Positions 29,454 to 38,859 of a stretch of DNA of 52,994 nt are shown here, one piece after another. Numbering within the stretch: position 1 is the first letter of the stretch; each line of letters starts with the position of its first letter. The stretch is from positions 1 to 52,994 of the IMG/VR virus record IMGVR_UViG_3300034104_003611. One strand, given 5' to 3'. The position numbers and the translations under genes are program-made. This DNA is from a virus. Lineage: Duplodnaviria > Caudoviricetes. Below the pieces are notes generated by a model. The model had not been told where the DNA came from. It was given only the letters and a program-made list of their open reading frames with translations, and ran no database searches.

Positions 29454-30511
29454 GCGCCCGCCTCACCGAGTACGTCAAGCACACCAACCTGGCCCTGGCG
29501 CATCACCTGGCGTTCTGGAACCGGGTGGAGCAGCTCCTGCCGCCGGACGCGCTGAAGGATGGCGGTGAGCTCCGCTCCATGTGGCTGGCGGCCGCTCCCC
29601 CCAAGACCCCGCTGAGCCTGGAACCGGGGCTGAAGCTGATCCGGGAGTTTGAGGGCTGCGAGCTGGAGGCTTACGACGACGGCGTGGGCGTCTGGACCAT
29701 CGGCTGGGGCAACACCCGCCACATTGACGGCACCCCGGTCAAGAAGGGCGACAAGATCAGCCGGGAGCTGGCGGACGAGATGCTGTCCGCCACGGTGGAG
29801 CATCAGGTCATCCCGGCGCTGTCCAAGAGCATCCCCTACTGGGCGGAGATGAGCGCCAACCAGCGCGGTGCCCTGACCTCCTTTGCCTACAACCTGGGCT
29901 GGCATTTCTACGGGCGGGAGGACTTCAAGACCATCTCTGCCGCGCTGCGTGAGAGGCGGTGGAAGGATGTGCCGGCGGCCATGATGCTCTACCGCAACCC
30001 CGGCTCCAACGTGGAGGCTGGCCTGAAGCGGCGGAGGGCGGCGGAGGGCAACCTGTGGGCGTCCGGCATCCAGCAGCAGCAGGGCGGCGTCCGATTCACC
30101 CCCTCCTCCCCGTTCAGCACCCGGGTCACCCCGCACATCACCTACGGCGAGTTTGCGCTGGGCCAGGAGGCGCGGCGCTTCACCGCTCAGCATCAGTGCG
30201 ACACCGCGGTGGAGCTGGCGGAGTTCATGGAGCGTGCGCGGCGCGAGTTCGGCGGCAAGGCCGTGCAGATCACCTCCGGCTACCGTCCCGCAGCCATCAA
30301 CCGCTCCGTGGGTGGCGCCAGTGGCTCCGAGCACCTCTACGACGCTCCCGGAGTGGGAGCGGTGGACTTCCTGATTGACGGCGTGGACATCTACACGCTT
30401 CAGGCATGGTGCGATAAGTTCTGGCCGTACAGCCTGGGATACGGCGCCCCCAAGGGCTTCGTCCACCTGGGCATCCGCAATGGTCGCCCCAGGGTGCGCT
30501 GGGACTACTGA
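29450..30511 (+). CDS. Endolysin: GH24 lysozyme plus peptidase M15 domain
   Basis: FEGCELEAYDDGVGVWTIGWG and ALTSFAYNLG; ITSGYR..N..VGGASGSEHL, AVDF and FVHLG. Confidence 0.9.
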   Translation: MSARLTEYVKHTNLALAHHLAFWNRVEQLLPPDALKDGGELRSMWLAAAPPKTPLSLEPGLKLIREFEGCELEAYDDGVGVWTIGWGNTRHIDGTPVKKGDKISRELADEMLSATVEHQVIPALSKSIPYWAEMSANQRGALTSFAYNLGWHFYGREDFKTISAALRERRWKDVPAAMMLYRNPGSNVEAGLKRRRAAEGNLWASGIQQQQGGVRFTPSSPFSTRVTPHITYGEFALGQEARRFTAQHQCDTAVELAEFMERARREFGGKAVQITSGYRPAAINRSVGGASGSEHLYDAPGVGAVDFLIDGVDIYTLQAWCDKFWPYSLGYGAPKGFVHLGIRNGRPRVRWDY

Positions 30512-30668
30512 TGAACATGCGTGCGGTAGCCCGGGAGATCGCCCCGGGCCTGACCCAGCTGATCCGGCTGGACAGCGGAGTGACGGTGTGGATGGCCACG
30601 CGCACTCCAGAGGTACTCTTCACCTACGACGAGCAGCACGCCCGACGCTGGCTGGCGGCTCCCCCCTC

Positions 30669-32375
30669 TCACCCCAAGGCATGATCCTTCCTGACCACGA
30701 GATCCGCCGCCTGTGCCTTCAACACAGCCTGGTGAAGCCGTTCCGCGAGGAGCTCCTGAACCCGGCCTCGCTGGATCTGACCCTCGGGGAGCGTCTGCTG
30801 GTGGAGCAGGAGGAGCACGAGTGTCTCCAGATCCACAGCATTGCTGACCGGACTGCTGACGACCCGTTCCTGCTGATGCCCGGGCAATTCGTCCTGGCGG
30901 AGACTGCTGAGACCTTCAACCTGCCCAACCACGTGGCGGGGCAGTTCGTGCTCAAATCCAGCCGTGCGCGGGAGGGCCTGGAGCACCTCCTGGCTGGGTA
31001 CTGCGACCCCGGGTGGAACGGCAGCCGGCTCACCCTGGAGCTCCAGAACGCCAGGCGCTACCACCCCGTCCGGCTGTGGCCGGGGATGAAGATTGGCCAG
31101 ATGGTGTTCCACCTGATCTCCGGCGAGGTTGAGCGGAGCTACGCCGTCACCGGCCGGTACAACGGGGATGGAGCCGTCACCGCCAGCAAGGGCTGAGGTG
31201 ATCAACCGAGTGGTCTTAGCGGCGTGCGCGGCCGCGGCCTCGGTGATGAGGTGTGCGTAGCGGTTGGTGGTGGCGGCGCTGGTGTGACCCAGCAGCTGCC
31301 CCACGGCCGGCAGGTTGAGTCCGCCGTAGCTGATGGCGTAGGAGGCGAAGCTATGGCGCAGGTCATGGACACGCAGGTTCTTGATCTGCGCGACCTCGAG
31401 GACCTGAAGCCAGAGCCGGCGGTAGCCGTTGAAGGGCTTGGTGGGATCCTGACCGGGAATGATCCAGGGGCTGTCCGAGAACTGACGCAGCTGGATCAGC
31501 AGGTCAATGGCCTCCGGCGGCAGGTGGATGGTGCGGTGCTCCCCCGTGCGGCCTCCCGTCTTGTGGTGCTCCGGCGGGATGGCAATGACCCCGGCGTCCA
31601 TCTCCACCCATTCCCACCGGCATTCCATGATCTCGCGGAGCCTGGCGCCGGTGAAAAGCAGAAGGCGCACGAGGCACGCGAAAAGCCACCGCTGAGGCGT
31701 GTTGACCCACTGGTCCAGGGCTTGGCCTAGGCGAACGATTTCAGCGGGCCGGAGGTAGCGCCGACGCGCCTTGTCCTGCTTCACCTTCACCAGCCGGCAG
31801 GGATTGGTGTGTTGCGGCCGCAGGCCCCAGAGCTCCGCCTGGTTGAAGGCGGCGCTGAGCATCATGCGGATCTTGGTGATGTTGAACTCGGTGCCTCCCG
31901 TCTCGCGCTTGTGCGCCAGCAGGTCCGCAATGTGCGCCGGCGTGACCTCCGGCACCCGCAGCGCCCCCATGAAGGGCAGGACGTGGAGGCGCCAGATGAC
32001 CTCGTAGTTGGCCTGGGTGCCCTTGGCGAGCGTGGGGTAGTGCCGCCGCTCCAGGAGCTCCTGAAACTCGCGCAGCGTGGGGCTGTTGCGCAGCTGCTGG
32101 CGGGCGGTGGTGAGATCCTCCCCCTTGGCCGCGGCACCCAGGATGACGTGCGCCTGCTCCCGGGCCAGCTCCGGCGCAATCACGTCTGCCCGTCCGATCT
32201 TGTGCTGCCGCTCCTTGCCGCTGGGCAGGTCATAGCGCAGGTACCAGGTCTTCACTCCGGAGGGCAGGACCAGCACGCCGAGTCCGGGCACCTTGCCGTC
32301 CCGCAGCCAGTATTTCTTGGAGCTGGGCCTGGCATTGGCGATGGTTGGTTTGGTCAGTGAAGGCTTCTGCTGCAT
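30669..32375 (-). CDS. int: Tyrosine integrase with arm-binding domain; catalytic domain ends near 31200 but the frame stays open to 30669
   Basis: LRDGKVPGLGV..GVKTW, TGARLRE, HDLRHSFAS and LLGH..TTNRYAH. Confidence 0.93.
   Translation of the reverse strand: MQQKPSLTKPTIANARPSSKKYWLRDGKVPGLGVLVLPSGVKTWYLRYDLPSGKERQHKIGRADVIAPELAREQAHVILGAAAKGEDLTTARQQLRNSPTLREFQELLERRHYPTLAKGTQANYEVIWRLHVLPFMGALRVPEVTPAHIADLLAHKRETGGTEFNITKIRMMLSAAFNQAELWGLRPQHTNPCRLVKVKQDKARRRYLRPAEIVRLGQALDQWVNTPQRWLFACLVRLLLFTGARLREIMECRWEWVEMDAGVIAIPPEHHKTGGRTGEHRTIHLPPEAIDLLIQLRQFSDSPWIIPGQDPTKPFNGYRRLWLQVLEVAQIKNLRVHDLRHSFASYAISYGGLNLPAVGQLLGHTSAATTNRYAHLITEAAAAHAAKTTRLITSALAGGDGSIPVVPAGDGVAPLNLAGDQVEHHLANLHPRPQPDGVVAPGVLELQGEPAAVPPGVAVPSQEVLQALPRTAGFEHELPRHVVGQVEGLSSLRQDELPGHQQERVVSSPVSNAVDLETLVLLLLHQQTLPEGQIQRGRVQELLAERLHQAVLKAQAADLVVRKDHALG
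30681..31196 (+). CDS. dcd: dCTP deaminase
   Basis: NPASLDLTLG, LKSSRAREG, AGYCDPGWNG.LTLEL and GMKIGQMVF; the likely start is ATG 30681. Confidence 0.9.
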   Translation: MILPDHEIRRLCLQHSLVKPFREELLNPASLDLTLGERLLVEQEEHECLQIHSIADRTADDPFLLMPGQFVLAETAETFNLPNHVAGQFVLKSSRAREGLEHLLAGYCDPGWNGSRLTLELQNARRYHPVRLWPGMKIGQMVFHLISGEVERSYAVTGRYNGDGAVTASKG

Positions 32376-32386
32376 GGTGGTTTCCG

Positions 32387-32646
32387 TTCCCGCTGCATTC
32401 CCGCTGATTTCCCGAAGGAGCCGGGACTATCGCTGAAGATGCGTGAAAAGGAAACCAGGCGAAGCCACTGAGATTCAACAGAACCGGGAACCGGCGTGAA
32501 CATCCGGGATCCCCCGGGATACTGCTGAATACCGGGGAACAAGGTGAAGGTGGACGGCCATGCGGAGGAGGTTTTGGCCGCAGTTTCAATGGCTTAGCTC
32601 CTCCACCATTCCCCCGAATCAGCTCATTCCCGCTGTATTCCCGCTG
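32387..32646. other. Putative attP with arm-type repeats TTCCCGCTG
   Basis: Copies at 32387, 32398, 32627 and 32638 plus a degenerate one at 32409, each pair 11 bp apart, flanking about 210 bp of apparently non-coding DNA upstream of int. Confidence 0.65.
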
Positions 32647-32809
32647 CCTTGCCGCCGGCCTCTGCCGGATCCCACAGCTGCTCCATCTCCCATTCATCCA
32701 GCGCATGGGTCTCTGCCCAGTGCTGCGCGGCGATGTGCGTTGGGAAGGGTCCCACGTGCCAGGAGCCGCGGCTGTCGGCTGGGCGGTGGACGGTGAGGTA
32801 GTAGGTCAT
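32624..32809 (-). CDS. Small hypothetical protein
   Basis: ATG start; VGPFPTHIAAQHWAE. Confidence 0.5.
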   Translation of the reverse strand: MTYYLTVHRPADSRGSWHVGPFPTHIAAQHWAETHALDEWEMEQLWDPAEAGGKAAGIQRE

Positions 32810-32857
32810 GGCGGAATGGTGACGGTGGCTACGATGTGAGGGCCAGGCCGGGGAGGC

Positions 32858-33076
32858 ATGGACCAGTCAGAACCGGCTCCCCTGGATCTCAGGCGCAACA
32901 CCTACCTCATTGAGATTGAGGCGAAGGTGCTGGTGCGGAGCTCCCGGGACCCTGAGCAGCTTTGCGCGGACATCTGTTCGCGCATCAGCGAACACGTCGG
33001 ACGGGATGAGGACATCCTGGATCTGGGCGTGGAAGCGTACACATTGCATGACGGTTCTTGTGGATCATCAGATTGA
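32858..33076 (+). CDS. Hypothetical protein
   Basis: GGAGG ribosome-binding site; overlaps the HNH gene. Confidence 0.55.
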   Translation: MDQSEPAPLDLRRNTYLIEIEAKVLVRSSRDPEQLCADICSRISEHVGRDEDILDLGVEAYTLHDGSCGSSD

Positions 33077-33374
33077 CGGTTCGGAGCTGATCCACAAGCG
33101 GACAACCAAGACCCGGTTCCGCAAGGGCATCTTTGAGGCGTGGGGTGGAGAGTGCTGCTACTGCGGCAAGCCGGCCGACACGCTGGATCATGTGAACCCC
33201 AAGCTGAAGGGTGGACTGACGGTGCGGGAGAACCTGGTGCCGGCGTGCGCTCCGTGCAACCGGGCCAAGGGGCACCTGGAGGTGTTCGGCTGGTGGCGGA
33301 ACTCGGGCCACTGGGACCCCATGCAGCAGCAGCGGCTGATTAACTGGCTGTTGAAGGACGGCAAGCAGCACTAA
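33048..33374 (+). CDS. HNH endonuclease
   Basis: CCYCG..TLDHVNP..GG..NLVPACAPCNRAKG. Confidence 0.88.
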   Translation: MTVLVDHQIDGSELIHKRTTKTRFRKGIFEAWGGECCYCGKPADTLDHVNPKLKGGLTVRENLVPACAPCNRAKGHLEVFGWWRNSGHWDPMQQQRLINWLLKDGKQH

Positions 33375-33565
33375 GGCGCTACGCTGACGGTCCAGTTGTT
33401 TCTTAACCGCTGGGCGTCCGTAGCTGGCCGGCTGCGGTGAGGCTGACACCGCGTGAGGACCAGCCACCGGCCAACCCATTCACGGCAGGATCCGGCTGAA
33501 CACCCACAGCGCGATCAGGCACGTCGCCCAATACTCCAGCACCAACGCCAGCACGTCACGCAGCA

Positions 33566-33739
33566 TTACTGGGCTAGCAGGTGATCCAGGTAGAGCTCCG
33601 CTTGCCACAGGTCGCTGGAGTAGCGGCACATGCCCTGGGCGCAGGAGCGGTAGTAGAGCTCCCCTCCGTCAGCCGGCTCCAGCGTCTCAATGAAGCCGCC
33701 GTCCCGGTCCGTGCGGGAGATGACCACCGGCTCCGTCAT
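33566..33739 (-). CDS. Small hypothetical protein (57 aa, not in the ORF track)
   Basis: MTEPVVISRTDRDGGFIETLEP..YYRSCAQGMCRYSSDLWQA. Confidence 0.55.
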   Translation of the reverse strand: MTEPVVISRTDRDGGFIETLEPADGGELYYRSCAQGMCRYSSDLWQAELYLDHLLAQ

Positions 33740-33894
33740 GGCCACAGCAGGATCCAGGTGAGTTTGAGCGCGACCCGCAGCCGGGTGGCGAAGGACAGCT
33801 GGCCGCGGCCAATGTCCAGCAGGCCCCAGAAGTGCGCAGGCGCCAAGCGAATCCGCTGGCGGAGCGGCAGTTCAAACATGCTCATGCCCGCAGA

Positions 33895-34173
33895 TTAGCG
33901 AGCCGTCCCGTTCAATCGGTCCGCTACCAGCTGGGCGTACCCGGCGATGTCATGCCAGGAATCGGCGTAGTCCGGGTCACCGTTGATGATCCGGCCGATC
34001 TTGTGGCAGATCATCTCCAGGGCCTCCTGCTGGTCGTCCGCCAGGGTGCGGTTGCGGATCTCCAGCTGGTCACGGATCACCCCTTTCAGCTCCTGCGTCA
34101 CCAGAGCGTGGCCGATGAAGGTGCCGTAGCGGCTCCCCCGCTCCTCCAGCGTGGCGGTGAGGTCAGTCGTCAT
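33895..34173 (-). CDS. Conserved phage protein (DUF6378-like)
   Basis: TLEERGSRYG..EALEMICHKIGRIINGD..DSWHDIAGYAQL. Confidence 0.75.
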   Translation of the reverse strand: MTTDLTATLEERGSRYGTFIGHALVTQELKGVIRDQLEIRNRTLADDQQEALEMICHKIGRIINGDPDYADSWHDIAGYAQLVADRLNGTAR

Positions 34174-34798
34174 GGAAGGCTGCCTCAGCGATGACGGGGA
34201 ACAACTCGGTGAAGATCTCGCGGCAGGCCTGGGCGACCTGACGGTGCTCCAGTTGGGTGCCCGGGTCCGTCCGCACATTGATGTAGTGAATCCAGGAGCG
34301 CAGGGTGCCGTGCATGTAGAGAGTGGTGGGCGTACACAGCGGCAGGATCCGGCGTGCGGTCTCCCGGGCCACTCCCTGGCGCAGGAGCTCCCAGTAGAGC
34401 TCATAGGCACCGTTGATCACCCGGTCCGCGGCGCTGTGCATGACCCGCTGCACCTCCAGGTCCAGGTCGTCATGGCTGGCCTGGCGGTTGGCCTCATCCT
34501 GCCTCCGGAAGGCCGGCACCTGTGCCCGGGAGCTCCGGGCATAGCGGGTGCTGAACTCCTGGAAGCTGAACGAGCGGTGGCGGAGGATCTGGGCCGCGAT
34601 GTCCCGCTCCGTTGAGATCTCCACGCACATGGAGGCCATCTCAAACGGGCTCCAGTGCTCATGGCGGATGAGGTAGCGGAGCAGCTTGGGAGCGGTCTCC
34701 TGGTTGTCCTGGTTGGTTGGGTTGGACACCCGGGCCATCTTGACGATCAACCGCTCAGCGTCTGGCGTGGCGTGGATCAACGTGACGCTCACGCCCAC
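34163..34798 (-). CDS. thyX: FAD-dependent thymidylate synthase
   Basis: HWSPFE, QILRHRSFSFQEFSTRY and GTQLEHR. Confidence 0.95.
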   Translation of the reverse strand: MGVSVTLIHATPDAERLIVKMARVSNPTNQDNQETAPKLLRYLIRHEHWSPFEMASMCVEISTERDIAAQILRHRSFSFQEFSTRYARSSRAQVPAFRRQDEANRQASHDDLDLEVQRVMHSAADRVINGAYELYWELLRQGVARETARRILPLCTPTTLYMHGTLRSWIHYINVRTDPGTQLEHRQVAQACREIFTELFPVIAEAAFHDD

Positions 34799-36002
34799 CT
34801 CCCCAGGAGGTACTTGCGACAGACGGCGATGGCGGCTTTGGCCTGAGGCTCGGTCATCACGGATTGCGTCTCATCTATCCCGGTCATCACGTCCGCCAGC
34901 AGCTGCTGGTAGTCGGTGTCGCGGAAGTTGGCTGCCAGCTCCCGGGCGAACTCCTCCCACAAGCCGGTGTAGGTGCAGCGGAGCGGGTGACCGTAAGGCA
35001 GCTGGTCCCGACCGGAGTGCTGGTAGAGCGACTCCAGCATGTCAGCGCGTTGCTGATCCAGTTGGAATGACTTCATTGGCGTGAATACGGGCGAACTCAA
35101 GGGCCTCAGAACGGGTGCCCAGTGCCGGACCCCACCAGACGGTAGAACCATCAAACACCCAGGGTCTGTGCCAGGTGTCGGGTCCCCAGATGAGCTGGTG
35201 GGAGCCGTAACAGGGATGGCGTTGACCGGCGTAGATGCCGGCCTCAGCGCGAATCATGGAGCTGGGAGATGGCGTGGAGGATGGCGACGCACTCACGGTG
35301 CTCCGCCGAACGCACGTCAAGGTCCTGCTGGCGCAGTTTGATGATGGCGCGGATGCGCTCCCGCTCGTGCTGTGCTCCGGCAGAGAACTGACCGGAGTCG
35401 GAGATCAGTGCTTCAAGGCGTCGGCGGGTGGCGTCCATCATTGATGTGCGGTGGTGGGTTCCTCAGGGTTGATCCACTCAATCTCGTCCCAGAAGGGCAG
35501 CCAGGAGTGGAAGGTCTCAAGGCGGGCTTCTGCGAGGGTCCGTGCCCACACGCACTCAATGACGTTGGCGGAGCGGATCTGGAAGTAGAAGCGGCGTGGT
35601 GTCACCGGCGAACCTCCTGCTGAGTGCCGGAGTGAGTGACGGTGGGCTGGTTGCCAGCTTCGACGCCAATCATGGCGAAGACGGAAGCAGCGATCAGCAG
35701 GCAGATGGCGTTGTTGATGCGGTCAATCACTTGGATACCTCAGGGCAGAGAGACACGACCAAGCGGCCAGCAGCTATCGCGTCTGTGCTGACCTGCTTGC
35801 CGTTGTAGTCAACCTTGATGGACTCGCGGGTGCTGGACCAGGCTTCGTCCATGGCGACCCGGCGGGCCTGGGACGTGTCAACACCCATGTTGCGGAGCTC
35901 GCAGTACCTGGTGGCGTAGATGCTGGGGTAGAAGGATTGTGCGGAGGCGGGGATGGCGGTCGCCAGCGTCAGAGCCGCAGCGGTCAGGAGTTTGGTCATT
36001 CG
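34789..36002 (-). other. Run of small co-oriented hypothetical genes, including 35244-35441 and 35727-35999 (signal-peptide-like N-terminus)
   Basis: Tightly packed minus-strand ORFs, several with start/stop overlaps. Confidence 0.55.
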
Positions 36003-36058
36003 GGTTGAGGTGAGCGGAGTGACCGGGATTGGGCGCGGCTCCCGGTGGCCGCGGCCGC

Positions 36059-36373
36059 TCAGGCCAGGAGATCCAGGCCGTTGGCGTTGAGCCAGGAGGG
36101 CACCTGGGACTGGAGGCTCAGGCCGTCACGCAGCATGGCGGCGACGAGCTGAGCGGCCTGCCAGGGAGTGGCGCGGCGGAGCGCCATGGAGAGGGTGCCG
36201 CCGATCCGGCCGGTGGTGTCGGCGTAGCGCACACCCTGGGCAAGCAGCTGGACGGTGAAGTCGCTGCTGAAGTCCCCGAGGATGACGAGCTGGGAGTTAG
36301 CCTGCTCGGCCTGCTTGCGGGGCAGCCGGTCGGCTGCGGAGAGGGTGCTGAGGACCGCGGTGGCGGTTTGCAT
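36059..36373 (-). CDS. Hypothetical protein downstream of promoter repeat A
   Basis: ATG about 50 bp after the repeat's -10 box. Confidence 0.6.
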   Translation of the reverse strand: MQTATAVLSTLSAADRLPRKQAEQANSQLVILGDFSSDFTVQLLAQGVRYADTTGRIGGTLSMALRRATPWQAAQLVAAMLRDGLSLQSQVPSWLNANGLDLLA

Positions 36374-36410
36374 TTGAGTGGCGGGCTCTGGCCCGCTGAG
36401 TGGAGCTCTC

Positions 36411-36474
36411 CGCCCCGGTGAACCTACTTTAACCCCAGCGGAAGGAACCGGCGCCGCTTTCAGGGCCGGTTCGT
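36411..36474 (-). promoter_or_regulatory. Repeated three-box promoter, copy A
   Basis: Plus strand: ACTTTAACCCC..GGCGCC(36450)..CCGGTT(36466). Confidence 0.72.
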
Positions 36475-36762
36475 CAACCGGCTGAGCGGAGTGGGATCAA
36501 AGTGCAGGTCCCGCTCCACCTTCAGCCCGAAGGGTCCGGTGAGGTTCTCCAGCTCCGGGAGATGGAAGTAGCCGAGCTCCTCCTCCAGTCCCTGGACCAG
36601 CCCGAAGCATTCCCCCGTGGCCGGGTCCATCTCCGTGACGTACCAGGTCCAGTTGCTCCAGGGTGTAAACAACTTGAGGTGAGCGATGGCCTCCATGCCC
36701 TTGCCGTCTTGGCCGTAGAGCGGAGGCAGCTTGGCGGCGATGGCCTTGGTGATCAGCTTCAT
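36460..36762 (-). CDS. DUF2958-like protein
   Basis: KLFTPWSNWTWYVTE, FGLVQGLEEELGYF and VERDLHF. Confidence 0.8.
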   Translation of the reverse strand: MKLITKAIAAKLPPLYGQDGKGMEAIAHLKLFTPWSNWTWYVTEMDPATGECFGLVQGLEEELGYFHLPELENLTGPFGLKVERDLHFDPTPLSRLTNRP

Positions 36763-36925
36763 GGGAATGGGTTGCTCCAGGTGAAGGCTTGGCGGTCGGT
36801 GATCTGTTTGCTGCGGTGAAGGCTGTCCACGAAGTCACACCAGGCGCACCGTTTGGCGGTGGGATCGTTCCGGATGCCCGTGGCGCTCCATTCCTCCAGG
36901 AACACCGCGACAGCTTGGCGCTTAG

Positions 36926-37904
36926 TCATCGGCAGGGCTCCAGGTTCATGGCGTTGACGGCGGAGCTGGACCCGTCATCCCAGGCCACGCGGACCAGCAG
37001 GATGCTGCCGAGCGGTTCTTGGCCGGTGACGGTGCCCCGGGCGAAGGGTCCGTAGGACGTGGGCGCCACCGGGCCGGTGTATTGGCAGGTGGATTGGAGG
37101 AATGCCTTGTTGAACCGGCAGCGGACGCCGGGGAGGAGTTTGGTGGCGGTGGTGGTGGTCATTTGGGATCCGGGATCAGGAAGTCGTAGGTGAGGCAGTC
37201 GCACGCCAGCACCCCGTATGGGCGGGCGTCGTGGTGGGTGATGAACTCCGGCTCATCGGAGCAGCTGACTGGGCCTGGGAGGTTCTCGCCGGTCATCACC
37301 GCCATCAGCTGGCGTTCGTCTTCATCCTCCAGGCCGGTGAAGTCGCCATTGATCAGCGCCGAAGCCCAGTGGGCCGGCAGGGTGTATTGGATCAGGTTCA
37401 TGGGTATGGATTCCTAAGTGGCGGCGGACCATAGCCCGGTCCTGCCGCCTGGGGAATGGATCAGACCAGCTGGACCCAGTAGCAGGGGCCGTAGCCAGGA
37501 GCGGTGTCTGTGTCCTCGTGGCTGATCACGAGTCCCTTGGCGATCAGGGCGCCAAGCACGCCGGCGGCGACGTGGCTGTTGTTGAAGGGCTCAAGCTCGT
37601 GGAGCCAGCCGCAGCCGGGCTCGTCCATGCCTTCAGCGATGGAGGCCAGCAGCGCGGCTTCCTTGTCGGTGAGCTGGGTGGTGGTCATGGGTCTTTGGGG
37701 TGGGGTGAGCGGTGCCGGGATGGGCTCCCGGCGGGCCGTGGATCAGAGGTCTTTGGAGGTGATCAGGGCGTTGATCATTTGATCCCAGGCGGCGATGGCC
37801 TCAGCGTTCTCAGGGAACCGACCGGCCATCAGGCTGACGGCATCGCGCAGGGTCAGCAGCTCTGCGTTCTCTTGGATGGTGTGGAGCAGTTCAAGGCGGG
37901 TCAT
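36926..37904 (-). other. Cluster of small hypothetical genes (36926-37161, 37159-37401, 37461-37688, 37743-37904)
   Basis: Co-oriented; three of the four starts are ACCC-ATG. Confidence 0.6.
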
Positions 37905-37931
37905 GGGTCTTTGGGGTGGGTGGAGGTCTCT

Positions 37932-37995
37932 CGCCCCCGGTGAACCTACTTTAACCCCCGGGGAGAGAACCGGCGCCGCTTTCGGGTCCGGTTTG
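37932..37995 (-). promoter_or_regulatory. Repeated three-box promoter, copy B
   Basis: CCCCGGTGAACCTACTTTAACCCC is identical to copy A; GGCGCC at 37972, CCGGTT at 37988. Confidence 0.75.
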
Positions 37996-38240
37996 CGGAT
38001 CGGCCCCCACTCCCAGGAGCTCCGCCAGACGGGTGGAGGGCACCCGCTCACCGTCGACCCAGAACCGCACCTGGCCCTGGACGAACCGGGCCAGCAGCTC
38101 CCGCTCATTCACGGTCCACCGGAGTGAGGTGTGGTGAGGCAGTCCCAGCAGCCAGAGCGCATCCGAGCGGCTCCGGCAGTGGTTGCCCATCCGGCGCACC
38201 ACCTTGCGCAGGTGGCCGCGGCTGGTGACGGTGAGCTTCA

Positions 38241-38594
38241 TCAGATGTGGTAGGTGAACAATCCGGCGAACCAGTCCAGGGCGTCCTGCTGCTCCTCCGT
38301 CAGGCTCGGGACCCGGAGGTCATTCACCAGCAGGTCCACGGCCTCCGGCTCAAACATTCCATCCAGCTCCCCGACTACCTCCACGGTGGGGCCGTTGCCG
38401 CCCACCAGGAGCCGGAACTCATCCGGCATCATCGGTGCCCCGGGGCCGGTCCACCCGGAGCGGACGGCGATGGAGTAGCAAAGTGCCCGGGTGGCCTCTT
38501 CAATGTCATCCCGGCTCACGTCGTAGTCGCAGCCCAGCAGGGCATCCCGGTGAGCCTGGACCAGGGTGTGTAGCCAGGCTTGCGCGTCATCCAT
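38241..38594 (-). CDS. Hypothetical protein
   Basis: VRSGW..EFRLLVGGNGPTVEVVGEL; abuts its neighbours. Confidence 0.6.
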   Translation of the reverse strand: MDDAQAWLHTLVQAHRDALLGCDYDVSRDDIEEATRALCYSIAVRSGWTGPGAPMMPDEFRLLVGGNGPTVEVVGELDGMFEPEAVDLLVNDLRVPSLTEEQQDALDWFAGLFTYHI

Positions 38595-38597
38595 GGA

Positions 38598-38789
38598 TCA
38601 GCGGGCAGAGAAGATGGGCCAGTGCTTGGAAGCTGCCATGCGGCGCATCCCAGCGGCGCTGGTGGCGGGCACCTCCTCGCACACCAGGATCTTGCCATTG
38701 CGGAGCTTCACGAAGTCATAGGTGTCATCACCTGAGACGGTGTAGCGGTACTCGGTGTTGTTGGGAGCGGAGATGGTGAAGTCGGTCAT
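38598..38789 (-). CDS. Small hypothetical protein
   Basis: Start GCAACGGACCC-ATG directly after promoter copy C. Confidence 0.65.
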   Translation of the reverse strand: MTDFTISAPNNTEYRYTVSGDDTYDFVKLRNGKILVCEEVPATSAAGMRRMAASKHWPIFSAR

Positions 38790-38809
38790 GGGTCCGTTGC
38801 GGATGAACA

Positions 38810-38859
38810 GATCTTAACCCGGGGAGAGATCAGCGGCGCCTCTCCCGGGTCCGGTTCGT
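38810..38859 (-). promoter_or_regulatory. Repeated three-box promoter, copy C
   Basis: ATCTTAACCC, GGCGCC at 38835, CCGGTT at 38851. Confidence 0.72.

Noticed and set aside
30375-30680. N-terminal extension of dcd in the ORF track (likewise starts at 11560, 2841, 48890 and 52060)
   Set aside because: These extensions overlap upstream genes; downstream ATG/GTG starts match the family N-termini and gene spacing.
32420-32620. tRNA or tRNA fragment at att
   Set aside because: No T-arm GTTCRA motif or cloverleaf found on either strand by eye.
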